Shown: positions 28,320 through 45,264, counted from the stretch's first letter. The stretch: 64,000 bases of DNA from Octopus sinensis (GCF_006345805.1 NC_043005.1:26164001-26228000); one strand, 5' to 3'. Program-made: numbers and translations. The notes: a model not told the origin generated them from the letters alone.

Positions 28320-29090
28320 TTTAAACCAACATCTATAGAATAGCGATGAGAAGGAACAAGAAAAAGATTCCAGTGGGGCAATGTTCTAGAGAGGAAAGGC
28401 CGAATGTAATGATTAAAACGAAGGTTGTGAGGTTGAACATAACCTGAGTGAGGAGAGGTAGAAAGGCGAATGGTCCACATGTGCCTGAGCAACTGAGGCA
28501 TAAAACCAGCCAGATCCGAGCAATGAACGTCATTATTGTAACGATTAAAGTTTAAAAAAGAGGGAGACACCACAGTTGTGAGCCAGAATCTGGAGCGTGT
28601 CTATAAATGATCTGATGACAGTTAGACGAGTGTCACTTATCTGGATACGATCCAAGATATCTATGTCTAGCAGCAACATCATTCCTGATGTAAGACGAAT
28701 ACTCCACCGTGAGCCGCATTTGAGTTTTGCAGAGCGTCAACGGTTTTGTGGGGGCTGGCATATTTTCTGGTCCTGAAGAGAAAAGCTTATTCTTTCGGAT
28801 ATTGTCGTAACGTTGTCAAGGATGTTTTTTCACCAGGAAAAATCCTTACTGATGGCGAGGTCCAACATTTGGAGCAACAGTGAGGACTCAAGCTGAGTGC
28901 CGCTCATGTCTAGAAACAGGTGACATTTTCTTGGTGTGTTGTCTATATTTTGCTTCGTTCTTGAATTTGGTTTGCAAGATTCTTGATATGAATTCATATG
29001 CTGAAACAAATTTTGTTGTACCTTGTGAGAGTCATTACGGCACGAATAACACACGCACTGGTTCAATATCCCTTCTTTATTGTTAGTCAA
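28320..29090 (-). mobile_element. Degenerate LINE RT C-terminal remnant (Jockey/I-like)
   Basis: LDLAISKDFSW ... KYASPTKPLTLCKTQMRLTVEYSSYI ... FLSRTLPHWNL. The 28960-29060 part is homologous to 60605-60730. Confidence 0.65.
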
Positions 29091-31575
29091 TTGGTTAAGT
29101 ATCTAACCAACTAACTAATCGATCGTTTGATTAATGTGCTGCTTAAACAATCAATCGCTGTTTGCGACCTTTTCAGCGATATAAAGACTTCTTCCCCACT
29201 CGTTCAGAAATCTACAAGGGCCTCTCTCCGAGTTTGTCTGCGAACTGGTCTTAGGTCCTTGTGTATGTATGCTTGAATGTGTGTGCGTGTTTGTGTGTGT
29301 GTAGATGTGTATCTTCTTAGAAAAGGTGAGGGTATATAAATTAATAAGAAACACTATTATAGAAACAATTAATTTCTTATTGAACTATCGAGATGCTCTT
29401 GATCTCAGTTTAAATCTCGGTTCATTTACTAAATCCTTAAAATTCTTTAAAATGTTACAGCCCGAAGGCTGCAGCCATGTTGGAGCACCACCGCTGGGGC
29501 ACTACTAGTCTAAGATTTTTTTCAGAACGCTACTTTCGTCGCTTATAAACTTTTTTTCCACTTATGTTATTTAACAAATAAATAAACTCATCCAACTGGA
29601 ACATAATCGGCATTCAAAAGGAAATTCCTGATCAGGTATGTAAGCCGCAGAGTTTGGAATTTATGCTATTATTTTTGATTCTATAGTTACAATTGTTTCA
29701 AGAAATTGTAAATAGTTAAAATTACACCAATAGCGAGGATAAAAATTCATTATCTTAATGTCCAAGAAATGCAAGGATACAACCTCGGGATTTAAATTAA
29801 CTGCAAATAGTTTTCTGCGGTGAGTAAATTAGACATCAATAGTGAAGTTTAATCTAAGCATTACTGCCAGTTCTCAGAGTCACTAGAGAACACATAGCTA
29901 TGTATTTAATAGCCGTCTGTAAAGTATACCAGTTGTATAGCTGTGGCTCTTGATTTGGGTTATTGACCCCTTACGGTTTTTGTGGTCGCTGCGAGATCAC
30001 AAAGGGCTGGGAAATCTCAGAGGGTGGGGACGAGGGGCATGAATAGGTATTATGTTATCAATGAACAAAAAATATGATTGATAATATGACTATGTCCAAT
30101 ATAAATTTCGGTAATTAAGCTCTCACCTTCCCTAGTAATTTCCATAAGAACTTAACTAAGGGGACCCTGGTCTATGCAAATATCTAAAACAAACATGTTG
30201 GATGGAATAATGTAAGAAAATATTGATAATAAAGCATTGCACAGAATTAACTTTTGTTTAATTAAAACAAACAGCTCTTCTGTGGTAGAATATCAGGAGT
30301 GAACTTTTGTTGAAGCGCCATTTTGTGAAAGTGGATATAAAATATTGAGTCAGTGCTATAAAATACAGTAATTTTATCAGTATTTCGTTGTGGATTTATA
30401 TTGTTATTTTTGTTATTTATTTTAGTTTTAATACATAAATGTCTGTATATTACCCAGTGGTTGTAGATACCCACTTCCTCATGTCAGTGGGTAAAATTGC
30501 GTTTTTACGGCGACTGGGTAACCGGAAATAATCGATTGTTTCATTATGTTGATTTATATTAGTGTGTAGGTTTACGTTCGCCTCTTGTTTTATTGTTTTA
30601 TTTAACACATTTTCCTTTCTTGTAACTATGCATTGATCTTGTGCATCTAAACCCATATCTCCTACTTCTGTTTTTTGTTCCCCAACTAAGAACCATTGTT
30701 GGCTTTCATATTGGTTAACATCCTCTCCGTCCACCACTGTAGGTTTTTCTCTCCAATATTACCGAAGCATTGCTTTGATTTTATCAAATTTTCTAACTTT
30801 TTTTCCGTTTTTCATTTGTTTTTGTTTGGCGTGGGGGGAATGAGCTTTTTGTTGTTGTTTTTTTTTTCTTTTTTTTTTTCTTTTTTTCTTTATTTCATCA
30901 TCTAAATCATTTTTTTCGTCGGTGTAATTAGCTTCTACTTTATAATTTGTTTCGCTATAAATAGAGAAAAGTTATTTTGGCAGTTTTTGTCGTTGCTGTT
31001 GTTGTTATCGGATTTATTTTTCATGCAGCCATATTACACTAATTAGTCAGTATTAGATTACTGCTAAGTACGGTTTTAAGTCCCAGGGGTTTACTTTCTA
31101 ATAGCTTTCCACCTTTATCGGACTTTTCCTTCGTGTGCAGCTGAGATCCGATCTATATCTATTTTCTGATTGTGGGTTCAAAACACACTCTTCTGTTCAA
31201 TTAATGTCCGATTTATGAGAGCAGAGCTTACGATGCCCGATGTTTGTTCTCTTTTCGCTACGGGCTATCTCTGACTGATCAAACTTATACAAAAAACGCT
31301 CCAACCATGAATATCTCGCATTTCTCTCGGAAACTGTGTATTTAGAGCTACATTATTCAATACATTCCTCCATTTTCAAGACAGTAGAATGGCATTTGAG
31401 ATAGTCTAATAGTTATTTTTAACAAGTCGAACCGCCACATATACAGTCTCTCGTAGTTTATAGTTGTGTACTCAAAAGGGTTCGTTAAGTTAAACTTGTT
31501 TTTAAGAATAAGGAATCTTATATTATTTACATTATTTACATTTGACAGATATTTGTCCTCATCATGTTTGTTGTC

Positions 31576-31621
31576 AACACAACGTTTCGGCTGATATACC
31601 CTCCAGCCTTCATCAGGTGTC
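31576..31621 (-). ncRNA. Minimal type I hammerhead ribozyme motif (family A), core boxes intact
   Basis: GACAC-CTGATGA-A-GGCTG-gagggtatat-CAGCC-GAAAC-GT-T-GTGTT: 5-bp stem I, 5-bp stem II, palindromic stem III (ACGU). Confidence 0.8.
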
Positions 31622-31673
31622 TTGGGGAAAATTCAAACCTGAGTTCTCATTCCTAAGGTATTTCTTCTTTCTA

Positions 31674-31722
<49 letters not shown>

Positions 31723-31748
31723 GTTGTTATTATTATTATTATTATAAA

Positions 31749-31810
<62 letters not shown>

Positions 31811-31898
31811 CAGTTCTGTATTTAAGAGATGAGGAATTATATACATTATTTACATTATATACATTTGACAGATATTTGTACTCATCTTGTTTGTTGTT

Positions 31899-31944
31899 AA
31901 CACAACGTTTCGGCTGATATACCCTCCAGCCTTCATCAGGTGAC
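31899..31944 (-). ncRNA. Minimal type I hammerhead ribozyme motif (family A), core boxes intact
   Basis: GTCAC-CTGATGA-A-GGCTG..CAGCC-GAAAC-GT-T-GTGTT, 323 nt upstream of the 31576-31621 copy on the minus strand. Confidence 0.75.
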
Positions 31945-31991
31945 TTGGGGAAAATTCGAACCTGGATTCTCATTCCTAAGGTATTTTTCGA

Positions 31992-32028
<37 letters not shown>

Positions 32029-32336
32029 GAGGTCACTGCCTGGAATCGAAATCGGTATCTTGGGGTTAGTAACCCGCGCTCTTAACCACTACTCCATATG
32101 CCCACGGGCATATGGAGTAATAATAAAATCCATAAATACATTAGGAATGAGGAACCCATGTTCGAAATTTCCCCAAGATGAAGGCTGGAGGGTATATCAG
32201 CCGAAACGTTGTGTTAACAACAAACAAGATGAGGACAAATATCCGTCAAGTGTAAATAATGTAAATAATGTACATAATTCCTCATCTCTTAAATATAGAA
32301 CTGCATAAGGAATCTTGTTAACAACTGTCTGTCTAT

Positions 32337-32520
32337 AGGAGGTGGTATCAAAAAGTTGCCTGACTAGTTCTGTAGCGCGCCAACAGATGGCAGCACATGA
32401 CTGCGTGCGCAATGGGAGTTAGGAGTGACCTTCATGAAACAGTGTGCTGAGTGACATTGCTGTGTTTACTTCGCATGTTTTGAAATTTGTGTGTTTTTGT
32501 GATCATGTGTATGCTGTAGT
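32337..32520 (+). mobile_element. Probable mariner 5' end remnant
   Basis: GGAGGTGGTATCAAAAAGTTGCCTGACTAG after TA resembles mariner TIR starts. No coding region follows. Confidence 0.45.
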
Positions 32521-32569
32521 CTGCGATTTTGCCAACGTAGCACAGGCGGTCGTAGCTGTTTCAACATCT

Positions 32570-33700
32570 TTATTTCAAGGTCTTTGTTTTTAGAAAAATA
32601 TTTTTAAAAAATATTCCATTTCGTTTAGAGCCACATGATCTTCTGGCTGGATTGATACCTCGGTTGCGAGGCACTTCTCTAATTGTCTATAACTACAATC
32701 ACTGGTCAATATTCTTTGTTCTCCGAGTCTGGTCACTTTGTCCTATTCTAGAACCTTTTTCTGATGTGTGCTTATTGGGTTTATACTACTTCTATTCCAT
32801 TGTTATTTCAGAAAGCTTCCACAGCTTCCAGTTTATGAAAGCTTCAACCGTTTAATGCCTTTAAATGTAATCTGTTTTACCTAAAACTGGGCAACCAAAG
32901 ACAAAGTGTTTCAGTGTTTCCTCCTAACCGTTACAAATTCTGCAATTACTTAATATATTTTGGTTTATCAAATACACATGTTTTTGGTAGAAATGATTCC
33001 GTTTCTGCCCAATCAAGAACCTTTCAGGATCCGATGTGAGTTCTGCTTTAACCAGTCAATGTTGATTCTGGTGTTTCTCTCTATTTTGGCCACATCTAAT
33101 TTTTTCAGAGATTAGCGTCTTACCACCGCTTCAACGCGATATTCAAAAGCCTAAATTTTAGCTTAAATCTTAGATTTTTTCCTCCATGTGATGATCCGTA
33201 ATTTCAGCCACTTTTTTTCTTTTTTTTTTATTTGTTGGTTGCCTTCAACGTGGGACTTTGGTTTGCAAGAGCTTCTTTAGCCATGAATAGCACCGATGTA
33301 TACCTTTACAGAAGTTTTTGAAAATCTTTCTATATAGAAATAACAGTGATATGGATTAGGAACTCTTGTGGATATCCGGAAAAAAAGAAACTTTTCGCCC
33401 ATACCCATTGCATGCAAATGAGAAAGACTGTCGTAGTGAATTCCTGATTATTGGGCGATTTTGATATGTCCGGAAAATGTCGGCAGTAAAGATAATGAGC
33501 AGCATTTTCTGAGACGTTGTACTTTTAGCAAATGGATGGAACTTTGGCAACTTATACCAAACAATGTTTGTGGAAATGTTGAGTTGTGATTGAAAGGATT
33601 TATTGTTCCTTTTTGTTGCTAATATCTGCAAAATGCGAAATTTGAATCTGTCAAGCGGTAATTGTCTTGAAATCATCAACTGCTATACCGAAGAGCCATT
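32570..33700 (-). mobile_element. Highly degenerate R4/Dong-clade retrotransposon (RLE region)
   Basis: Minus strand gives SNCRICNG*EETLKHFVFGCPVLGKTDYI*RH*TVEAFINWKL (32830-32945) and IVVIDN...VSIQPEDHVALNEME...KNKDLEIK. Confidence 0.65.
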
Positions 33701-35474
33701 TTTAGTAAATGACTTTCCAGTTCATGACCACAGTGCAGTTTGGTTATTCATCCTTTGATGTCTGTCACATCACGATCATCTTTGTCTCTATTTGCATCTT
33801 CTGAACCCGTTGCATCAAAACCTCATCGAAATCTTCCAATTTTGCAAACCCTTAGATCCGAAGAATATCCAGCATTTTCTTTAACGGTAACAGACCTCTT
33901 TCTAACGGATTGTCTAATATCCATTGTATACTGGATCTTCAAAAACGAATTTACAGATTGTTTTTTAAGTGTATTTGTTTAAAAATTTGACAAAACATCT
34001 AACAAAGCAGCTTATCATATTAAGACAGTTAATAATACTACAGCGCTACTAAAAATAGACAAATATTTTTATAACATTATTTTATTAAATAAACAAATAT
34101 TTTTAAAAATTAGTTGGTTATTTTCCCTTGTGAAAAACATTTTAACAGCTATATTTGATTATTGTGAAGCGGCTCGTAGAGAGACGATATCAAGAGATCA
34201 AAGACTTTAGCTTGAAGCGATCTCTATATTCAAAGCACTGCCCAAACGAGCAAAGGCCACATACTGAGGAAAAGGCTGAATAAAACAAGCACTAAATAAC
34301 AGTAATATTCATAGGTGCATTGGCAATTTTTCCAGGGCGCAGGTTGAGAGAGAGAGCTTTGCTTTTTACTCAAAAACTTTGCAGATAGCCTGTTAAACTA
34401 AAATATCATAGAGTAGGCTGATTGTGCTAATTAATCATGTAATCATGGTAAACAATAATATTCTTTTCTACTCTAGATACAAGGCCTGAAATTTTAAGGG
34501 AGGGGTCCAGTCAATTACATCGACCCCAGTATGCAAATGGTACTTAATTTATTGACCCTAAGGGATGAAAGGCAAGATAAACTATAATGCTGACTGAACA
34601 ACTAACGAATGCACAAGATGTTGATTCTGAAATTTCTATATTTTCATATCACATCGGAGAATTTCAAACGGTAGTTCAGAACAGTGGAGATCTTATGCTC
34701 CTTCTAAAGCTACATAAATATATGTTGATAATCTTAGCAATATCTTCTCATAGAACTGCATTGCTGTACGCGCATTTAAGACAAACCAGTCAAATAATTC
34801 GGATGATCTTGTCATATCGTGTTGTGTAGAGAACTCTTCTGGGCGTACAGAAAGGACGTAGTAGGAGTAAAGGGTAAAATATTCTCTGCAGTTCTCACGA
34901 AGTATCGAATGTCGAAAAGCAAAAGTCTTTGCCAGAGAAATTGATAACAGCAATCGTTCAAATAGAGATAGAGGTTTTTCTACTGAAGTCTTTCGCCGAA
35001 AAATGGAGTCTTTTTGAATCAGAGATGGTGGGGGAATTGCAGCCCACACTGTATTGCCCCGTACATCTACGGGCAATACATGAAAGTAAAATAAGAAGGA
35101 CAATGATGGAAAATATGAATTATAAAGGTAATGTAGAACAAGAATGGGTACGTTAGCATATTTGTTTTAAAAAGACAAACACAATAATTGGTGAACCTCC
35201 ATTTTAACAAGACAATGAGCCAAGAGATGATAGCTCAACTGCAGAATAACAATCATTTAATAAGAAGCTAGAGTACAAGACAGCAAAATAATAGAGATGG
35301 CAAATCAATGATACCAGAATAAGCTAGTGAAGATTAATAACTTCGTAAGGGGGACTTACTGATGCTTCTAACTGGAGTTAAACAACGGGACGTGACAAAT
35401 TTAAGGCTTCCTCCTCTCTTGTCCGTTGAAAACGACTGATTCTGTTTGGTGTATATGGAAAGCTATTGAATAAT

Positions 35475-35908
35475 AGGCGCAGGAGTGGCTGTGTGGTAAG
35501 TAGTTTGCTTACCAACCACATGGTTCCGGGTTCAGTCCCACTGCGTGTCACTTTGGGCAAGTGTCTTCTACTATAGCCTCGGGCCGACCAAAGCCTTGTG
35601 AGGGGATTTGGTAGACGGAAACTGAAAGAATCCCGTCGTATATATATATATATATGTGCGTGTGTGTGTGTATGTGTGTGTGTGTGTGTGTGTGTGCGTG
35701 TGTGTGTGTGTCTGTGTTTGTGTGTCTGTGTTTGTCCCCCCCCCAACCGATGCTGGTATGTTTACGTGCCCGTAACTTAGCGGTTCGGCAAAAGAGACCG
35801 ATAAAATAAGTACTAGGCCTACAGAGAATAAATCCTGGGGTCGATTTGCTCGACTAAAGGCGGTGCTCCAGCATGGCCACAGTCAAATGACTGAAACAAG
35901 TAAAAGAG
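35475..35908 (+). mobile_element. Full-length tRNA-derived SINE family 1 with internal (TA)n(TG)n
   Basis: AGGCGCAGGAGTGGCTGTGTGGTAAG...GGTTCAGTCCC head and ...GGCGGTGCTCCAGCATGGCCACAGTCAAATGACTGAAACAAGTAAAAGA tail. More than 12 full or partial copies occur in the window. Confidence 0.9.
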
Positions 35909-36697
35909 AATACATAACGGGAAAAAATTTTAACAAGTAATGCATTGAATAAAAGAGTGGACGAAATAAAGTACAAAAGTACAGAAAATATTTGGGGGAA
36001 TTGTCAGTTGATTTCCGTGTAACAAATTGAGAGGGTCCAAACTCACTACAATGGAAAACCAGTGAAATCATCAACGGAAACGGATCGAGAAAATTATGAA
36101 TTCTATGGAAGCAAAATTACCGAAAGTGAACAGCATGGAGGGATGTAGGGTCACATTAAGACAAAATTTTGTGAACCAGAAAATGCTGATCGATATCATC
36201 GACCCCTGTACTTGATTTGATTGACTTTTAAAGGATGAAGGTAAAGCTGACTACAGCAGAATTTGAAATCAGAATCTAAAGAGCCAGAAAGAATACGGCA
36301 AGGCAGTTTTCCGACGCTCTAGCAATTCTGTCAGTCTAATAATAACCTCAAGAACAAAAGTTACGATATATAGACTATATGACTATCTGTTTGTGTAGAT
36401 ATTCAATTACCATGTGCAAAACCTGTAACACTCATTTCCTTTGAAGTATTATAGTTTGTGAAACAACAACAATAACGGTACATATTACAAAATCAACAAC
36501 AACAAAAAAAACACACAACACAATAGGAGGTATGAAAAGATATGAAAGAAGAAATAAATAGTTTTGTTCAATGATTAAATATTCTAGAGTTGGTGCATTG
36601 GGAGTTGAGGAACTGAAGGTAACTTAACCCACAACCCAGGAGATAAACAAATATATTATCAGAAAACAAAGAGAGAAATAATAACATGCAGACAGTC

Positions 36698-36739
<42 letters not shown>

Positions 36740-36799
36740 AATATATATTACATACATATATATACATATATATGTATGTATGTATATTATATATGTGTG

Positions 36800-39600
<2,801 letters not shown>

Positions 39601-39635
39601 TGTATGAATATATGTATGTTGATATATATATCTAA

Positions 39636-39668
<33 letters not shown>

Positions 39669-39715
39669 TATATATATATATATATGTATTATATATATAT
39701 ATATATATATATATA

Positions 39716-39752
<37 letters not shown>

Positions 39753-40269
39753 CATATTATATACACACATATACATAAAGTGTGTGTACACACACATATA
39801 TGTGTAGATAAAAATCGATTGTATATATGAATACAATGAAAACCTGCACCTGTATTCTAGAATCTTCCTTTGTGTATACGCCATAATATGCTATATTTGT
39901 TGACTGTGTTTGTTTCTTCGGGTTTTTTTTTTTATTTTCATTTTCATGTACAGAACTACTGAAGCAGTGCATAGAGGTAGTTATTAGGGGTGGGGTGGGG
40001 CGTGTACGCAGGCGTAGGACTGTTTTTTCCAACTATGCATGTACGCTTCTGATATTCCAAAGTTAAAAATAGGTTATTATGAATTATGCGAATGAAGTAT
40101 TGTGATCATGATATAACAAATGTAGATTTATATTATATATATATATATATATATATATGTGGTGTGTTGTGTGTGTTGTGTGTGTGTGTTTGTGTGGTGT
40201 GTATATATATATATACATATATATTATATATGTGTTTGTGTGTGTGTATTATATATATTATATATATTA

Positions 40270-40300
<31 letters not shown>

Positions 40301-40332
40301 GTGGGTGTGTTTGTGGTGTTTGTGTGGTGTTG

Positions 40333-40365
<33 letters not shown>

Positions 40366-40382
40366 TGGTTTTTGTGTGTGTA

Positions 40383-40438
<56 letters not shown>

Positions 40439-40581
40439 GTGTATATATATGTATATATAGATATATTCTTTTATTCTTTTACTGCTTCAGTCATTTCACT
40501 GTGGCCATTCTGGAGCACCGCCTTTAGTCGAGCAATTCGACACATATATATGTGTGTGTACATATATATATGTGTGTTATG

Positions 40582-40639
<58 letters not shown>

Positions 40640-41040
40640 AAGAGACGATAAGAAAATGGAGGGAAAAACCACAAATAGAAGTGTGTTTATGATGATATAC
40701 ATATATATATATATATATATATATGTATATTTGTTTGTTTCTATATATGTATGTGTGTATGTATATATGAATGCATGTATGTATGTATGTTTGTATGTAT
40801 GTATGTATGTATTATGTATGTATGTATGTATGTATGACCACTGGACTATTATGCACCTCTATTTAGAATCTATTTATCATCTCGCATTTCAAAGCATATT
40901 GAAGCTTTAATGCAAACAATGTAATAGGTATCTTCACAAATTTACAGACGGATCGCCTGGACCCGGATATGTTGCCTCCTTTCTCTCCAATTCTTCCCTG
41001 CCACCCACTAATCATGATGATGATGATAATAATAATAATA

Positions 41041-41078
<38 letters not shown>

Positions 41079-41110
41079 CATGATCATGATGATGATCATG
41101 ATGATGATCA

Positions 41111-41144
<34 letters not shown>

Positions 41145-41796
41145 GGTGGTGGTGGGGATGTTGGTGATGATATTTCCTCGTTTCCCTGACAGAATATACT
41201 AATTCACTAACGAAAACTGGTTTGCGAAGTTTGACTCAGAGGTTTGCAAAACTGTATTCAAGTAGCCTCGAAGTATTTGCTAACGTATTATCTATATAAA
41301 CACACACATACACACACACGCTCACACACACACACAAACACACACACACACACACGCTCGCACACACGTTCGCACACACACACAAACACACACACACACA
41401 CACACAAAACACAAACACACACATGCAAGTGTGTATGTATATAAATGTTCTGTGTTTGTTTAAGTTCAAGCATTGCATGTGTGAATGGCGCTTGTGTGTA
41501 TGTGTGTGTGTGTGTGGTGTGTGTGTGTGTGTATGTAAGTGAATGTACGGACGTATGAATATGTGCGTGTATATGTTTGCGCCTGTGTGTCTCTGTTTTT
41601 GCATTCATATCTAAACCCACATACACACACTTCAAGGCAAACATTATATGTATATATGTGTGCATTAATGTGTGTATGCGTGTATGTACGTATTTATATA
41701 TTCACAAATACACGTACATGCATATATACTTACACGCACACACATATATATATATAGTCTGATGTACAACAAATATATATATATATATAATTATAA

Positions 41797-41932
41797 ATTA
41801 GGGTATCTACGAGATACCACCATGCTGAAAATAGCAGCCATGATCTGACTTTAAAATCACTTTAATTGTCCATATATCAACACGGAGAGAAAACAAAGAG
41901 ACAGCATGGTAGTATCTCGTAGATACCCTAAT
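41797..41932. repeat. 136-bp MITE-like unit with 30-bp TIRs, partly re-duplicated in inverted form at 42329-42442
   Basis: ATTAGGGTATCTACGAGATACCACCATGCT (41797-41826) / AGCATGGTAGTATCTCGTAGATACCCTAAT (41903-41932). Confidence 0.8.
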
Positions 41933-42576
41933 ATATGACTTTAATAATTATTACCTTTGAAGGTTATTTTTTCCATGCTGACCACTTGATAAAATCGTTC
42001 ATTTATTTTTAATTTAACGATCTTATCTTTATTTATATAAATTTAAATTTATTTCATCACTGTATTTAATGCGGCGATATTTTGACCATATCTCACATGG
42101 AATTAAGCGGCGGACATTTTGAACTGGCCATGATGCATACTTGCATATATATATATATGTAGGTATACGTTCGTTTATGTAAGTATTCGTATATGTTGTA
42201 TCTATATATATATATGTATTTATGTTTATCTTCTGTGTGTATTCTACTGACGAGGAAAAGCAATCATAAATGCAAAGTCAGAAATCCGGATCTAGAATTA
42301 TCCAGTAATGTTTTACTAGTTTCATCTTGTCTCTTTGTTTTCTCTCCGTGTTGATATATGGACAATTAAGGTGGTTTTAAAGTCAGATCATGGCTGCTAT
42401 TTTCAGCATGGTGGTATCTCGTAGATACCCTAATTTATAATTTTAATTATTATTACCTTTGAAGGTTATTTTAATAATTATTACCCTTGAAGGTTATTTT
42501 TTCCATGCTGACCACTTGATAAAATCGTTTATTTATTTTCATTTTAACGATCTTATCCTTATTTATATAGATTTTT

Positions 42577-42644
<68 letters not shown>

Positions 42645-42664
42645 ATAAATAAATAAATAAATAA

Positions 42665-42714
<50 letters not shown>

Positions 42715-42737
42715 TAGGTAGATAGATAAATAAATAA

Positions 42738-42795
<58 letters not shown>

Positions 42796-42926
42796 GTGCG
42801 CGTGTGTGGGTGTATGCGTGTATAGATGTATGCGTGTGTGCGTATATATATATATATATACACCTATTTGCATGCGTGTATTCACATAATATATATATGT
42901 TCATGCATATATATATATATTCTAAT

Positions 42927-42958
<32 letters not shown>

Positions 42959-43577
42959 TACATATATGCTACATGTACTTACGTGCGCATTCATGAAGAT
43001 ATACATAATTATAAACATACATACATAAATTGCATACATACATGCATACAGGACAGACATCCATCCATCCATACATACATACATACATACATACATACAT
43101 ACATACATACATACATACATACATACATGCATACATCACATACATACTAATACATACATACTACTACACAAATAAGCATATCGATACTCTGTTGTTGATT
43201 CTGAAATTCCAATGAAGGAGCCTTCCATCTAGGTTAGAAATCGGCTCTTTCCCTATTGGCGAGAAATCTTTAAATAAAACTGAATAGTGACATACATACA
43301 TACATACATACATGCATATATACATATATACAAATATACATACATACACACACATACATACATACACACACATACATACATATACACACACACATACATA
43401 CATACAAATATATTCATACATATACTTACACATACATATATACATACAGACATACATACACACACACACTATTTTACTAAACCTGAAGAATCTTTACCAT
43501 TCTTTATTCAGTGTTTCATGTGATTACTCCTCAGACATATGCAACACGCACTCACACATGTCTTGTTGTGTGTGTGT

Positions 43578-43635
<58 letters not shown>

Positions 43636-44399
43636 GTGTGTGTGTTAATTGAAATTTGACGAGTTTGTTTGTCGCTAATTTATTCACTCCATTACAAGTT
43701 GATTTCTTCATTCTGTGCTTACTAAATTATTCACTCCATTGCCAGCTAATTTATTTGCGTCGACGCTAACCAGTGTCTCACGCTGCTTGCCATTCTCTAC
43801 GCGACAAAGTGAATCATCATAATTATATATATATGTATACCATACATACGTACACGCATATATTACATTCGTACGCGAGTCTGTGTGTGTGTGTGCGTGC
43901 GTGCATGATGGGAGGATGAATTGGTTTAAGATTGAAAATACATCCGGGTCTTAAACGAGCGATAGTTTTTCAGCTGGTTTATAATTTATTAAAATGCCAA
44001 ACCAATTTCGGTACTTCAATTTCTTTTTCTTCTTTTCTCTTTATTTTTTTTTTTTTAGTGGGTAATAGCGTAAGTAAGATAAAACTTTTTAAACAATGCG
44101 AATGAACAGGGAAAGTTTTCGTGCGACAAAATATCCTCAAAAATCAAATTTTTAGGTTTCGTGTCAAAATGTTATACTGAAAATTCAAGTCTTCAGCAAG
44201 TTTCACAGTAACAAGAAATGAATATTCAAATATTCAATAAATTTCGAAGAAATAACACGTCTTAGAAATTTGAAATTTCGACAGATTTCAGAGCAATAAG
44301 TTATTTTGAAAATTAGACATTATGGAAATTTTGAAGAATACGAAAGACATTTTTGACAATTTTTGTTGTGTTGTATGAAGGAGATTTACTCGTTCTCTT

Positions 44400-44990
44400 T
44401 ACTGGTGGAATGAAACTATGTTTCAGTCTGTTATTGTTTTGTATATATGTTTTTAAGACATCTTTCTGGAGTTGGGTTCTTGCATCTGTTGGCAGTGGAC
44501 CCTCATTCTATGCCTTAGAATTAATCCTATTTGTCCAATGTAGTCTTCACCGCACTAACCACATTTGACAACAGATTTATTGAGACACAAGTGAAACCAC
44601 TTTTTACGGTAAATGTTTGTCCTGATTTAAATTCCTACGACAAGCTCTCGATGAGGTTGATGCAGGTTCCTCAATTATACGGTTACAGTTTTGGACTACA
44701 AAGGTTCTATCTTTGGTGAGTAACTTGGCGCTAGCAAGTTGTCTTTTACATTTGTTTTTTGTGTTTTGAATGCCTTTTACATTCGAGGATCGTTCGTCAA
44801 AACAGAGATGTTCTGAGTAATGTGTAATTCTGTATTTCTTCGATTATGTGTTGGTTGAGTGATTCAAGAAGGTTTCTTAATTCTTGGCTGTTTATGGTTT
44901 TTTTTTTTCAGTTTCCTTATTGATTAAACCTATTGGGTATTGTCTTTCGAGTAATATATATTCGAAGACCTTAGAATCATTTATCATGGG
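44400..44990 (-). mobile_element. Penelope-like element remnant (thumb plus GIY-YIG)
   Basis: LLERQYPIGLI ... EFKSGQTFTVKSGFTCVS ... KCG*CGEDYIGQIGLILRHRMRVHCQQM. Related to 12140-12620. Confidence 0.8.
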
Positions 44991-45112
44991 GTTCAAGATT
45001 GGATAGAATTGTGCAGATTCTTCTTCCCCAGTTACCAATGTACATGTATGTGCGTGTGTTCATGTATGTAGGTATACACACATATATAAACATATTTCTA
45101 TATTTATATCAA

Positions 45113-45159
<47 letters not shown>

Positions 45160-45264
45160 ATATATATATATATACATTGATTATACATATATATATATTG
45201 TGTGTGTACGTATATATGTATGTATATATATATATATGTATCTATGTATGGTGTAAAATAAACA

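Larger units (their letters stand above)
31520..32304. mobile_element. Composite tRNA-(AAT)n-hammerhead insertion (tandem tails, head, 5' hairpin, inverted tail) with 12-bp TSD
   Basis: ATAAGGAATCTT at 31508-31519 and 32305-32316. Minus-strand tails at 31520-31675 and 31811-31985, minus-strand head at 32029-32105, 14-bp hairpin at 32090-32119, plus-strand tail at 32120-32303. Confidence 0.9.
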
